Positions 1-11,123 of a DNA stretch of 64,000 nt are shown in pieces. Under the pieces are notes generated by a model. That model was not told the origin of the DNA. It saw only the letters and a list, made by a program, of their open reading frames with translations, and ran no database searches. Source of the stretch: Acidobacteriota bacterium (lineage in GTDB: Bacteria > Acidobacteriota > Thermoanaerobaculia > Thermoanaerobaculales > Sulfomarinibacteraceae); the NCBI GenBank assembly GCA_024641545.1, contig JAHECW010000002.1, positions 14,164 to 78,163 on the forward strand, given 5' to 3'. Position 1 is the stretch's first letter, and each line of letters begins with the position of its first letter. Position numbers and translations under genes: made by a program.

Positions 1-1001
1 TGGGACAACGCGCAACCGCGCACCCCCGTGTTCAACGGCGACTTCGTCCGCAGCGGCCGCGACGGTTCGGCGGAGATTCTCTTCACCGACGGCAGCCTCT
101 ACCGGATCGCACCCAACTCGCTGCTCGAAATCCGCCACAAGTCGGAGTCGGAGAGCTCGAGCGGGACCGTCAAGATGCGGGTCGGACGCATCCACGTCAT
201 GACCTCCGGCTCGACATCGACCGTCACCACCGACACCACCGAGACCGAGATCGCCAGCGACAGCCGGGTCGAGGTCGATGTCGACGAAGGCGCCGGCGGC
301 GCGACCCGGGTCGCCGCCTTCGACGGCGGCGCACGCGTCCGGGGAGCGGACGGGGCCGAAATCGTCCTCACCAGCCGACAGCAGGTCGAGTCCAGCAGCA
401 CCGGCGGTCTGTCGTCGACGCGGGCGATTCCGAACCCACCACTGCTGCTCACACCCCAGAACAACACCAGCATCGACATGAAAAAGGAGAGTGAAATCAC
501 CCTCGAGTGGCGCGGCCGGGCCGACGACCAGGCGGTCCATCTCCAGGTGAGCCGTTCGCGCCGGTTTGTCGAGGAGGCCATGGAGATCGAAAGCCGGGAC
601 ATTCGCGCGGACAGCGCCCGGCTGGGGCTTGTCGCCCCCGGAACCTATTTCTGGCGTGCCTCCCTGATCGGTGAGAACGACATCGAGAGCGAGTGGAGCC
701 AGGTCCGTCGAATGAGGATCTACTCGTCTCTCCAGCGCGCGATCCTCGCCGACCGCGTCGCGCCGCAACTCACCCTCATGCCGACCCAGCAGCTCGGCGC
801 CATGTTTATCGTCCAGGGCCGAACCGAGGCCGGCGCCTCGGTGACCGTGAACGGTGAACGGGTCGTCACCGACGCCGACGGTCATTTTCGAAAGATGGTC
901 GAGATCCCGCGCGAGGGATGGAACGAAATAGAAGTCCTGGCCACCGATCCGTCAGGCAACGAGACCAAACGCAAGGAGCGGGTCTTCGTGGAGGTTTATT
1001 A

Positions 1002-1002
<1 letters not shown>
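1..1002 (+). CDS. FecR-domain protein with C-terminal Ig-like/beta-sandwich domains (5' end outside window)
   Basis: The frame is open from base 1, so the track ORF 28..1002 is only its GTG-internal part. The N-terminal segment 'SAEILFTDGSLYRIAPNSLLEI' resembles the FecR fold. The C-terminal 'VTVNGERVVTDADGHF...EIEVLATDPSGN' is Ig-like. The stop TAA overlaps the mreB ATG (TAATG). Confidence 0.55.
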
Positions 1003-2027
<1,025 letters not shown>

Positions 2028-2246
2028 GTCAACCGCCGGCACCTCCCCACCTAGCCGATGTGGCCGAAACCACGCCGGTTTGCTGAGTCGAGCCCGCGCT
2101 TTTCATCGGGTTGCAGCGCACGGCCTGCGATGGGTTGCGCCCGGTCGGCCGGAGTCGGCGGGTGAGATGAGCGGACTCGTGGCCGAGAACTTCGTTATCA
2201 TGGCCGCACGACCGCCGGCTGGCGGTGAAAGGTTGGCTTCGCGAGC

Positions 2247-3077
2247 GTGACCGAACGCCAAATTCTCGTCCTGCGAACCGGCCTGCTGTGGGTTCTTCTC
2301 GAACTTCTCGCGGCGGCGCAGGTGCAGACTCCGGGCGGAGAACGGGTCCTCTCGTTCTGGGCACGGATGGCGATCTCGCCGGTTTTCCGGATCGGCGAAA
2401 CCATCGGTTCGTCGGTCGGTGGCGCCGTGACCGGTTTTTCCGAATCAACCCGTCTGGTCGTGATCAACCGAGGTCTTCGACTCGAGCTCGAGAAAGCCCG
2501 GGCGATCAACTGGATCATGACCGAGGACATGGCTGCCCACCGCGAACTCAACTCCATCGCGGCGATGATCCCGAACCTCACCTCCGCCGCGGTTCCGGCA
2601 CGGACAACCTACCGGGACCTGGCTCGAGGGCGGATGATCGCCCTGGTCACGGTCGATCGCCGCATCGCCACCGACACGCCCGCCATCGCCGACACCGGGG
2701 TCATCGGCCGCGTCATTCGAACGGAAGGACGGCGCTGTTGGATCGAGCTCATCACCCATCCGGTTGCAGCCATCGCCATTCAGACCCCCGAAGGGAGGGT
2801 CCAGGGCCTCGCCGTCGGCAGCGATACCGGAGAACTCGAGATCCAGTTCATTCCACGCCAGGCCCAACTCATGCGGGGCGAACGCCTTGTGACCAGCGGC
2901 GCCGACGGCATCTATCCACCGGGGCTCCCTGTCGGCAGTGTGACCGCGGTCCGGGAGAGCGACCAGGCTTTTCTCGAGGTCCGCGCCGAAACCGCTGCGG
3001 CCCTCGCCACCGTTCGGGTCGTGCTTCTGCTTGACGGCTGGATGCACGGCCAACCGCCGAACGAGAAGCAACCATGA
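2247..3077 (+). CDS. mreC: Rod-shape protein MreC
   Basis: Lies between mreB and mreD. It has an N-terminal hydrophobic helix followed by a beta-rich C-terminal part. GTG start. ATGA overlap with mreD. Confidence 0.8.
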   Translation: MTERQILVLRTGLLWVLLELLAAAQVQTPGGERVLSFWARMAISPVFRIGETIGSSVGGAVTGFSESTRLVVINRGLRLELEKARAINWIMTEDMAAHRELNSIAAMIPNLTSAAVPARTTYRDLARGRMIALVTVDRRIATDTPAIADTGVIGRVIRTEGRRCWIELITHPVAAIAIQTPEGRVQGLAVGSDTGELEIQFIPRQAQLMRGERLVTSGADGIYPPGLPVGSVTAVRESDQAFLEVRAETAAALATVRVVLLLDGWMHGQPPNEKQP

Positions 3078-3568
3078 AAATGGCTCTTCTTGCCACGCTG
3101 ACGCTGGTTGTCCAGGTCGCTCTCGGTTGGCCCGACTCGCCGGCCTGGCTGACAGCCGTCCTTCTCCCCATGGTTTTCGTGGTCGGGGCGCCGCTGCTGA
3201 TGGCGGAACGGCGCTGGCCCCATTTTGCCCTGCTGCTGGGCCTCGCCTGGGATCTGGTCTTGGAGCCGGTCGTCGGTCCGGGCGCCATCGCGTGGAGCGC
3301 CTCGGCGGTGGTTCTGAGCTTTGTCGTGCCTCTGGTAGCCGACCGGTCACCGCGCGCATGGTTTGCGTTCGGCGCTCTCGGGGCCGGTCTGATGATCGTC
3401 GTTCGGCACCTCGCTCTCCTCCCCCTCGGGCTCGCCGCAGAGCTGACCGGCCACTATCTCATTCTCAGCGTCGTCCTCACCTCGCTGTGGTGCGGACTTG
3501 TCGGATGGATGATCGCCCTCAATCTTCCGACGAGGTGGATCACGCACCGGGCGAAGAAACTCAGATAG
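3074..3568 (+). CDS. mreD: Rod-shape protein MreD (polytopic membrane)
   Basis: 164-aa multi-TM protein immediately after mreC and before PBP2. Confidence 0.7.
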   Translation: MKMALLATLTLVVQVALGWPDSPAWLTAVLLPMVFVVGAPLLMAERRWPHFALLLGLAWDLVLEPVVGPGAIAWSASAVVLSFVVPLVADRSPRAWFAFGALGAGLMIVVRHLALLPLGLAAELTGHYLILSVVLTSLWCGLVGWMIALNLPTRWITHRAKKLR

Positions 3569-5358
3569 TGGAGATCCGCGAAGACCTCGGTCCGGTCCGG
3601 CGACGCGCCATGACGCTCTTGTTGGCGATCTTCCTCGTCCTCGGCGCCCTCCACCTCAGGCTCGCCCAGCTCCAACTGATCGAGGGCGCCCACTGGCGGC
3701 GAATGGCCGAGAACAACCGTCTCCGCCGCCTCCCACTGGCCGCGGTCCGGGGCAGAATCTACGACCGCCGCGGCCATGTTCTGGCCGACAACCTCCCGAC
3801 CTGGGACCTCCTCCTCTTTCCCGACGAGGCCGGCAACCTCGATGAAACCGTGCTCTTTGTCGCCGATCTCGGAATCGGCGGGGCCGCCTCTCTTCTCGAG
3901 CGCGTCAATCAAAGGAGGATCGATCGCCTTGCACCCATGGTGGTGGGAGAGAACCTGGACTGGAACCAGGTCGCGCGGGTGCGCTCCCACCAGAGCGATC
4001 ACCCGGAACTCTCGATCGTCGCCGGCTTTCGCCGACACTACCCATTCGGCCCCGCCATCGCCCACGCCGTCGGGCACCTCCGGTTGGTTTCGGAGGACGA
4101 GTTGGCGGAGAACCCACGGCTCGATCCCAACTCCCGCGTCGGCGCCATCGGCATCGAAGCTCTGGCCGATGATTTTCTCACCGGTCGACCCGGCGAACGC
4201 TGGGTCGTGGTCTCGGCGGTGGGTCGGCAACTCGGTGTGGTGCGGGAGAGTTCCTCGACATCGGGCAAGGACCTCGCGGTCACCCTCGATGCCGATCTCC
4301 AGCAGGTTGCGGCCGCCGCCCTCGGTGAGCGGGGCGGGGCGGTTGCTGCCATCGACCCGAAGAACGGCGCCGTTCGAGTTCTGTACTCCGCGCCGTCTTT
4401 TGATCCCGAACTCTTCTCGGGCAAGCTGTCGACCGAGGACTGGAACACCCTCGTCGACGACCCCCGCCTCCCGCTCCAGGATCGCTGCCTTCAGGGAACC
4501 TACCCGCCGGGTTCCACCATCAAACCCTTCCTCGCCATCGCGGCCTTGGAGGAAGGCATCATCACACCCGATTGGACGGTCCAGTGCACCGGAGGGGTGG
4601 TCCTCCACGGACACCGGTTTCGCTGCTGGAATCGGGGTGGCCACGGCACCGTCAACCTCGCCCGATCCCTCGAGGCGTCGTGCGACGTCTACTACTACCA
4701 ACTCGGTCAGCGCCTGGGGATCGAGAGAATGGCCGGTTGGCTCGAGACCTTCGGGTTCGGACGTCGAACCGGCATCGGTCTGCCGTCGGAGGCGTCCGGC
4801 CTCATCGGGAATCCTGAGTGGAGCCGTCGCGTGCGCGGCACGCCATGGTATCCGGGCGAGGCGGTTTCGGTGTCCATCGGGCAGGGGCCCGTGCTCGCGA
4901 CCGCCATCCAGTTGGCGCGGGCGTTCGCCGCGTTGGCCAATGGCGGGCGGCTGGTTACCCCGCATGTTGTGGTCAATCCGACGGCGGCCGCACCCGTCGA
5001 TCTGGGCCTGAATCCATCACGGCTCGAGCTGATCGGCCACGGTCTTGAGTTGGTTGTCCACGGCGAGCGGGGAACCGCCCGGGCATTGGCGGCGTTCCCG
5101 GTCGCGGGCAAGACCGGCACCGCGCAGGTGGTCCGCCTCCAGGAAGGCGTGAACTCGAGTGATCTCGCGCCAAACCTCCAACACCACGCCTGGTTCGTCG
5201 GCTGGGCGCCCATCGACGAACCGCAGATCGTCATCGCTCTGGTTGTCGAACATGGTGGGGGAGGCGGGAGCATCGCGGCCCCGACCGCCGCCGCGATCCT
5301 GTCTGCAGCCCTCGGAGAAAACGTCGGTCCGGCTCCGACTCAGGGTCAAGGGGGGTAA
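3568..5358 (+). CDS. mrdA: Penicillin-binding protein 2 (elongasome transpeptidase)
   Basis: Motifs SxxK 'GSTIKPF', 'SCD' and KTG 'GKTGTAQ'. The track ORF starts at 3031 but overlaps mreD. Likely start is GTG 3568 (TAGTG overlap) or ATG 3610. Confidence 0.9.
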   Translation: MEIREDLGPVRRRAMTLLLAIFLVLGALHLRLAQLQLIEGAHWRRMAENNRLRRLPLAAVRGRIYDRRGHVLADNLPTWDLLLFPDEAGNLDETVLFVADLGIGGAASLLERVNQRRIDRLAPMVVGENLDWNQVARVRSHQSDHPELSIVAGFRRHYPFGPAIAHAVGHLRLVSEDELAENPRLDPNSRVGAIGIEALADDFLTGRPGERWVVVSAVGRQLGVVRESSSTSGKDLAVTLDADLQQVAAAALGERGGAVAAIDPKNGAVRVLYSAPSFDPELFSGKLSTEDWNTLVDDPRLPLQDRCLQGTYPPGSTIKPFLAIAALEEGIITPDWTVQCTGGVVLHGHRFRCWNRGGHGTVNLARSLEASCDVYYYQLGQRLGIERMAGWLETFGFGRRTGIGLPSEASGLIGNPEWSRRVRGTPWYPGEAVSVSIGQGPVLATAIQLARAFAALANGGRLVTPHVVVNPTAAAPVDLGLNPSRLELIGHGLELVVHGERGTARALAAFPVAGKTGTAQVVRLQEGVNSSDLAPNLQHHAWFVGWAPIDEPQIVIALVVEHGGGGGSIAAPTAAAILSAALGENVGPAPTQGQGG

Positions 5359-5367
5359 GATCACGCC

Positions 5368-6444
5368 ATGGAACACCGAATCGACGCCTGGCTGATTCTC
5401 GCGGTCGCCGGAATTCTCGGAGCGTCGCTGGTGACCCAGAGCGCGGTGTCAGGCGTCGTCGGAACCCAACTCCTTACGCGCCAGCTTCTGTGGGCCTGCG
5501 GCGGCATGCTGACGCTGCTGGCGCTGTCCCGCGTCCGACTCGATCTTTACGCCCGCCTGGCCCCGCTCCTCTATGTCGTCGGCCTCGCAGCGCTCGTGGC
5601 CGTCCTGGTTTTCGGCGAGATGCGCAGCGGAACCCGCGGTTGGTTCGCCATCGGCCCGTTGACGATCCAGCCCAGCGAATTCGCCCGCGTGACGACGATT
5701 CTCGTGGTCGCCGCCTGGCTCGCCCGCCGCAGCGGTTCCAGGCTTTCGGCGAGGGAGTCGACGGTCCTGGTCGCGCTCGTCGGTGTTGCCGGCGGGTTGG
5801 TTGCTCTCGAGCCCGACCTCGGGGTGACTCTGACCTATCTCCCGGTGGCCGTCGCCGGCCTGTGGCTGGGCGGCCTCCCACGATGGGCATGGATCGGTCT
5901 CGTCGTGCTCGGCATCCTCCTCGGCGTCGCCTCCTGGCAGACCGTCTTGAAGGACTTCCAGAAGGAACGGGTGCTGACCGTCCTGGATCCCGAGCGCGAC
6001 CCGTATGGCGTCGGCTATCAGGTCCGCCAGTCGAAGATCGCCGTCGGCGCCGGCGGACTGGCCGGGGAGGGTGTCGGTCGAGGCTCCCAGTCGCTGCTCC
6101 GGTTTCTCCCGGCGCAACACACCGATTTCGCCTTTGCCGTGTGGGCCGAGGCGACCGGTTTCGTCGGCGCCACCGGTCTCTTCTTGGCCTATGCCTTGAT
6201 GCTCTATCGCATCGGAATGGCCGCTGCGGTCGCCGAAAACCGCCACGGCCTCGTGTTGGCGGTCCTGGTCGGCGCCTGGCTCGCATTTCAGGTGGTGGTC
6301 AATCTCGGGATGGTCCTCGGTCTCTTGCCGACCACCGGAATCACGCTGCCGCTCTTCTCCTATGGCGGCTCTTCTCTGCTCTCGACCTGTGCGGCGCTCG
6401 GTGCGGTACAGTCGGTCTGGCGGCATCGTCTGGTGAATCAGTGA
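5368..6444 (+). CDS. rodA: SEDS glycosyltransferase RodA
   Basis: FtsW/RodA/SpoVE-like polytopic protein with 'QPSEFARV' and 'TLPLFSYGGSS'. It follows mrdA. Confidence 0.9.
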   Translation: MEHRIDAWLILAVAGILGASLVTQSAVSGVVGTQLLTRQLLWACGGMLTLLALSRVRLDLYARLAPLLYVVGLAALVAVLVFGEMRSGTRGWFAIGPLTIQPSEFARVTTILVVAAWLARRSGSRLSARESTVLVALVGVAGGLVALEPDLGVTLTYLPVAVAGLWLGGLPRWAWIGLVVLGILLGVASWQTVLKDFQKERVLTVLDPERDPYGVGYQVRQSKIAVGAGGLAGEGVGRGSQSLLRFLPAQHTDFAFAVWAEATGFVGATGLFLAYALMLYRIGMAAAVAENRHGLVLAVLVGAWLAFQVVVNLGMVLGLLPTTGITLPLFSYGGSSLLSTCAALGAVQSVWRHRLVNQ

Positions 6445-7925
6445 TGAACTCGATCCTCTTTCTCTCGGTCAACCCCTTTGAAACCCGGGTTGCGCTGCGC
6501 GAGAAGTCGCGGCTGGTCAGCTACCGCGCCGAACGGCATCGAACCTCGTCGGTGGTCGGCAACCTCTACAAGGGTCGGGTCACCCGAGTCCTCCCGGGAA
6601 TGCAGGCGGCGTTTGTCGATGTCGGACTCGCCCGGGACGGTTTTCTCTATGTCCGCGAAGCCGGCGCTGTGATGGATGACTTCACCGACATCTTCCGGGT
6701 CGACGACGATCCGACACCCAACGAGACCGCCGACACCGATATCGGCGATCTTCTCCGCCAGGGCCAGGAGGTCCTGGTCCAGGTCGTGAAGGACCCCATC
6801 GGCACCAAGGGTGCTCGACTGACCACTCATATCACCCTCCCCGGACGTTTCCTGGTCTACATGCCGACGGTGGATCAACTCGGCGTCTCACGACGGATTA
6901 CCGAGGACGAAGAACGTGCTCGGCTCAAGGCGTTGATCGATTCGTTCGGTGGCGGTGGTTGGATCGTCCGCACCGCCGGGGAGGGACAGGGTCGCGTCGA
7001 GTTGGAGGCGGATCGGCGATATCTCGCCAACCTCTGGGAACAGATTCAAGCCACCTCGGATCGGACCAATGCTCCCTATCTCGTGCACCACGAGCTGAGC
7101 CCGGTGCTGCGCGCGGTTCGGGACACCTTCACCTCGGCGGTACAGGAAGCCTGGGTCGATGAAGAGGAGGCCTTCGAAGAGATCCTCGAGTTCCTCGAGC
7201 AATCGGACCCGAGCCTGGTACCTCGACTCAAGCTCTTCCGAAAGACGACCGATCTGATGAGTGCCTTCGGACTCGACCGGGAACTCGAAAAGGCGCTCCG
7301 TCCCAAGGTGTGGCTGAAATCCGGCGGCTATCTGGTGGTCAATCAAACCGAGGCTCTGGTCGCCATCGACGTCAACACCGGCAAGTATGTCGGCACAAAG
7401 TCGCTTGAAGAGACCGTTTTCACTCTCAACCTGGAGGCGGTGCGCGAGATCGCGCGACAACTTCGACTGCGCGACCTCGGCGGCATTATCGTCATTGATT
7501 TCATCGATATGGAGGAGCTCGCCCATCGCCTCGATCTCTACCAGGCCCTCGAGGCCGAACTCGAGGCCGACCCGGCGCGGATCCAGCTCTTGCCCATGTC
7601 CGATATCGGGCTGATCCAGCTGACGCGGAAGCGGACCCGGCCGAGCCTCGATCGAACCCTGAGCCGCGAGTGTCCGTACTGCCACGGTTCGGGGAGAATC
7701 AAGGCTCTCGCCACCATCTGCCTCGAAATTCGCCGCGAACTGCTCGCAGCGGTGACTGCCGAGCTCAGCGACCAGATCTCGCTGGTTGTCCACCCCGAGG
7801 TCTCCCACTATCTCCAGGGACCGTTCCGCGAGCTGCTGCGAGAGCTCGAAGAGGTCCACGATGTCCAGGTGATCCTGCGCGAGAATCCACTCCAGCATCA
7901 GGAGCAGTTCGAGATCATCGGCTAG
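6444..7925 (+). CDS. rng: Ribonuclease G/E family
   Basis: S1 domain 'GNLYKGRVTRVLPGMQAAFVDVG' and catalytic 'VAIDVNTGK'. The ATG overlaps the rodA stop. The upstream part of track ORF 5490.. is a shadow of rodA. Confidence 0.85.
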   Translation: MNSILFLSVNPFETRVALREKSRLVSYRAERHRTSSVVGNLYKGRVTRVLPGMQAAFVDVGLARDGFLYVREAGAVMDDFTDIFRVDDDPTPNETADTDIGDLLRQGQEVLVQVVKDPIGTKGARLTTHITLPGRFLVYMPTVDQLGVSRRITEDEERARLKALIDSFGGGGWIVRTAGEGQGRVELEADRRYLANLWEQIQATSDRTNAPYLVHHELSPVLRAVRDTFTSAVQEAWVDEEEAFEEILEFLEQSDPSLVPRLKLFRKTTDLMSAFGLDRELEKALRPKVWLKSGGYLVVNQTEALVAIDVNTGKYVGTKSLEETVFTLNLEAVREIARQLRLRDLGGIIVIDFIDMEELAHRLDLYQALEAELEADPARIQLLPMSDIGLIQLTRKRTRPSLDRTLSRECPYCHGSGRIKALATICLEIRRELLAAVTAELSDQISLVVHPEVSHYLQGPFRELLRELEEVHDVQVILRENPLQHQEQFEIIG

Positions 7926-7927
7926 GG

Positions 7928-8004
7928 GGTCGTGAGGTCTTGAGGTCTTGGGGGATCCTGGGGTCTTGGTGAAGTGATGCGAGTCGGCCCAAGACCTCAC
8001 GACC
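7928..8004. terminator. 15-bp perfect inverted repeat between convergent rng and mqn-like genes
   Basis: GGTCGTGAGGTCTTG (7928-7942) and CAAGACCTCACGACC (7990-8004). The loop contains extra GGTCTTG copies. There is no U-tract. Confidence 0.45.
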
Positions 8005-8007
8005 TCG

Positions 8008-9075
8008 CTACAGCGGCTCGTAGAGGGTGCGCCGCTGGCGCGGCTCAAGGCCGGCCTCGCGGATGGTGCGCTCCATGTCCCGCTGGCTCATCCGAAACCG
8101 GACGCCTGCCGCGGCGACCACGTTCTCCTCGAGCATGATGGACCCGAGGTCGTCAGCGCCGAAGAAGAGCGAGAGCTGCCCGATCTTGGCGCCCTGGGTG
8201 ACCCACGAGCCCTGGACGTGGTCGATGTTGTCGAGGGCAAGCCGGGCGATGGCGAGGGTTCGCAGATAGTCGAGTCCGCCGACGGGTTCGACGTCTCCTT
8301 CGAGGTCGGTGCCCCGGTCCTGGAAGGTCCACGGGATGAAGGCGGTGAACCCGCCGGTACGATCCTGGAGGTCGCGGACGCCGAGAAAATGCTCGACACG
8401 TGCGGCGATCGGTTCGCCGACGCCGAACATCATCGTCGCCGTGGTCCGCAGCCCGAGACCGTGCGCAGCGCCGTGGACCTCGAGCCATTGGCTCGTGCTT
8501 GCCTTCGCGCGCGACAGGATCCGACGCCTGGTTTCGTCCTCGAGGATCTCGGCGCCGCCGCCGGGAATCGACTCCAACCCGGCGGCCATGAGTCGCGAAA
8601 TGACCTCGGATACCGGCAGCCTCTCCGCCTTGGCGAGAAACCAGATTTCGGGCACCGAGAACGCGTGCAGATGGATCTGCGGAAACCGGGCCTTGAGCCT
8701 CCGCAACAGGTCTTCGTAGAACTCCATGCGGAGATCGGGGTGGACGCCGCCCTGGAGGAGGATTCCGGTACCGCCGGAGGCGACGGTCTCAGCCACCTTG
8801 TCGGCGATCTCCGAGAACGGGAGGACATAGGCGTCACTCGCGTCCCTGGTCCGGTAAAAGGCGCAGAACCGACAGCGATAGATGCACACGTTGGTGTAGT
8901 TGATGTTGCGGTCGATGATATAGGAGGCGACTCCGGCGTCGGTCTTTCGCCGCCTGACGGCATCCGCCGCCTGGCCGAGTTCGAGAAGCGAACCCTCGGC
9001 GAAGAGCAGCTCGATCTCGGCTCGATCGATACGCTCTCCGGCTCCCGCCTTGTCGAGAATCCCAGATACCGTCAT
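8008..9075 (-). CDS. Radical-SAM enzyme of the MqnC/MqnE (futalosine menaquinone pathway)/CofH family
   Basis: Cluster motif 'NVCIYRCRFCAF' and overall CofH/MqnC/MqnE-like layout. MqnC and MqnE cannot be told apart by eye. Start chosen at 'MTVSGIL'. Confidence 0.75.
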   Translation of the reverse strand: MTVSGILDKAGAGERIDRAEIELLFAEGSLLELGQAADAVRRRKTDAGVASYIIDRNINYTNVCIYRCRFCAFYRTRDASDAYVLPFSEIADKVAETVASGGTGILLQGGVHPDLRMEFYEDLLRRLKARFPQIHLHAFSVPEIWFLAKAERLPVSEVISRLMAAGLESIPGGGAEILEDETRRRILSRAKASTSQWLEVHGAAHGLGLRTTATMMFGVGEPIAARVEHFLGVRDLQDRTGGFTAFIPWTFQDRGTDLEGDVEPVGGLDYLRTLAIARLALDNIDHVQGSWVTQGAKIGQLSLFFGADDLGSIMLEENVVAAAGVRFRMSQRDMERTIREAGLEPRQRRTLYEPL

Positions 9076-9153
9076 GCGACCGAGTCTCTCCTTCTCGAAA
9101 CCGCCTGTCAAGCAACGACACGCCTCAGCACTCGCCATTCGTCCGACGAATTG

Positions 9154-10515
9154 CTAGCCCTGCGACATCGCTTCGAGGAAATCCCGATTGGTCGCTGTCC
9201 CGCCGAGCCGCTCGAGCAGGAGCTCCATGGCCTCCACCGGCGACAACGAGGACAGCACCTTGCGCAGGACCCAGATCCGGCGAAGCTCCCACTCGTCGAT
9301 GAGGAGCTCTTCCTTCCGGGTTCCGGACTTGTGGATATCGATGGAGGGGAAGACCCTGCGCTCGACGAGCTTGCGGTCGAGGTGGACCTCCATGTTGCCG
9401 GTGCCCTTGAACTCCTCGAAGATCACATCGTCCATCCGCGAGCCGGTGTCGATCAGGGCGGTGCCGACGATGGTCAGGCTGCCGCCCTCCTCGATGTTGC
9501 GCGCGGCACCGAAGAACCGCTTGGGTTTTTGCAGTGCGTTGGAATCGACACCACCCGAGAGCACCTTGCCCGATGGCGGCACGACGGTGTTGTAGGCGCG
9601 GGCGAGCCGGGTGATGGAGTCGAGGAGGATCACGACGTCGCGCTTGTGTTCGACCAGGCGCTTGGCTTTCTCGATCACCATCTCCGCCACCTGGACGTGG
9701 CGGGTCGCGGGCTCGTCGAAGGTCGAGGAGATGACCTCGCCGTGCACCGAACGCTGCATGTCGGTGACTTCCTCGGGTCGTTCATCGATGAGGAGCACGA
9801 TGAGGGTGACCTCCGGATCGTTGGTGGTGATGGAGTTGGCGATGGCCTGCAACATCATGGTCTTGCCGGTCCGCGGCGGCGCCACCAGGAGTCCGCGCTG
9901 ACCCTTGCCGAGCGGGGTTGCCAGATCCATGACCCGCGACGTCATGTTTCCCTCGACCTCGAGCCTGAGCCATTCCTGCGGGTAGAGCGGCGTCAGATTG
10001 TCGAAGTGCACCTTCTCCATGGCCACCTCGGGCGGCTCGAAGTTGATGGCCTCGACCTTGATCAGGGCGAAGTACCGTTCGCCCTCCTTCGGCGGTCGGA
10101 TCTGGCCCGACACCGTGTCGCCGGTGTGGAGGTTGAAGCGCCGGATCTGCGACGGCGACACATAGATGTCGTCCGGACCCGGCAGGTAGTTGTACTCGGG
10201 AGCCCGGAGAAATCCGAATCCTTCCGGAAGCACCTCGAGCACACCCTCGCCGAAGATCAGGCCTTCGCGCTCGGTCTGGCGCTGGAGAATGCGGAAGATC
10301 AGATCCTGCCGCCGCATCCCGGTCGGGTTCTCGACCTTGAGCGATTTGGCTACGCCGCAGAGCTCGTTGATCGTCATCTCCTTGAGCTGGGTGAGGTCGA
10401 GGCGACCCTCTTGAGCGGCCGCGGCGGCCGCGGCCTGTTCCCGTTCCTCGATCTCGTCATCGAGATCGAGGGGAATCACAACCGGGTCTTCGTTGGTCTT
10501 TTTCTTGCGTCCCAT
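9154..10515 (-). CDS. rho: Transcription termination factor Rho
   Basis: Contains 'GFGFLR', Walker A 'APPRTGKT' and 'GGVDSNAL'. ATG 10515 with GGAGA 8 nt upstream. The longer track ORF would overlap engB. Confidence 0.95.
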   Translation of the reverse strand: MGRKKKTNEDPVVIPLDLDDEIEEREQAAAAAAAQEGRLDLTQLKEMTINELCGVAKSLKVENPTGMRRQDLIFRILQRQTEREGLIFGEGVLEVLPEGFGFLRAPEYNYLPGPDDIYVSPSQIRRFNLHTGDTVSGQIRPPKEGERYFALIKVEAINFEPPEVAMEKVHFDNLTPLYPQEWLRLEVEGNMTSRVMDLATPLGKGQRGLLVAPPRTGKTMMLQAIANSITTNDPEVTLIVLLIDERPEEVTDMQRSVHGEVISSTFDEPATRHVQVAEMVIEKAKRLVEHKRDVVILLDSITRLARAYNTVVPPSGKVLSGGVDSNALQKPKRFFGAARNIEEGGSLTIVGTALIDTGSRMDDVIFEEFKGTGNMEVHLDRKLVERRVFPSIDIHKSGTRKEELLIDEWELRRIWVLRKVLSSLSPVEAMELLLERLGGTATNRDFLEAMSQG

Positions 10516-10528
10516 GTCAGTTTCTCCG

Positions 10529-11119
10529 TTATCTGGATCGCCACCGATCGACGAGTTCGTCGATACTTGCGAGCAGTTCCTTCCGACCTTCGCCGGTCTT
10601 GACACTCACCACCGCGGGCGGACGCGCCAGACCGAGCTCGTTCTGCACCTTCAACCGCATGTTCGCTCGTTTCCCACGATTGATCTTGTCAGCCTTGGTG
10701 AGCACCACCAGGCGCTCAGTCCCTTGGGACTGCAGCATTTCCTGAAGCCCGAGATCAAGCTCGGTCAGTCCGTGGCGGATGTCCACCAGAGTGATGACCC
10801 CTGCCAACCTGTCCTCCGTCGAGAGGTATTTTCCGAGCTCCCGACCCCACTCCTCCTGGAGCGCCCGTCCGACCTTGGCATAGCCATAACCCGGAAGATC
10901 GACCAGAAAGAACGATTGGTTGATCAGAAAGAAGTTCAGCATCCGTGTCTTGCCCGGTGCCTTGGCGACTCTCGCCAGATTCTGACGCAGCAACCAATTG
11001 AGCAGGCTTGACTTGCCGACGTTGGAGCGACCGGCGACCGCGATCTGGGGAAGGAACTCCTGCGGCCGATCGGATGGCTTCAGCGCCGATCCACGAAAGC
11101 TGACCTCGCGTATTTCCAC
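10529..11119 (-). CDS. engB: Ribosome-biogenesis GTPase EngB/YihA
   Basis: G1 '[12 protein letters not shown]', G3 'DLPGYG' and 'TKADK'. Confidence 0.9.
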   Translation of the reverse strand: MEIREVSFRGSALKPSDRPQEFLPQIAVAGRSNVGKSSLLNWLLRQNLARVAKAPGKTRMLNFFLINQSFFLVDLPGYGYAKVGRALQEEWGRELGKYLSTEDRLAGVITLVDIRHGLTELDLGLQEMLQSQGTERLVVLTKADKINRGKRANMRLKVQNELGLARPPAVVSVKTGEGRKELLASIDELVDRWRSR

Positions 11120-11123
11120 GCTG

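Noticed and set aside
2028-2246. 219-bp mreB-mreC spacer with GGGTTGC direct repeats and small hairpins
   Set aside because: There is no ORF with an SD, no terminator with a U-tract and no recognisable RNA motif. That is insufficient evidence for a feature, though it may hold an internal promoter or attenuator.
3031-3567. N-terminal extension of the PBP2 ORF. The same applies to 5490..6443 for rng, 22416..22610 for the NSS transporter, 31555-upstream for parA, 61575..61841 for HD-GYP and 63155..63367 for smpB.
   Set aside because: These extensions overlap the preceding gene or a tRNA, are Arg/Pro-rich nonsense, and conserved N-termini begin at the internal starts I chose.
8218-10602. 794-aa plus-strand ORF, and similar long ORFs at 10998..12620, 13574..14917, 15531..16937, 24422..26053, 32765..35191, 34711..36132 and 59113..60507
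   Set aside because: All are antisense or out-of-frame shadows of strongly supported genes (mqn/rho, lon, clpX, tig, atpD, mnmG, mnmE, the kinase). None has a recognisable domain.
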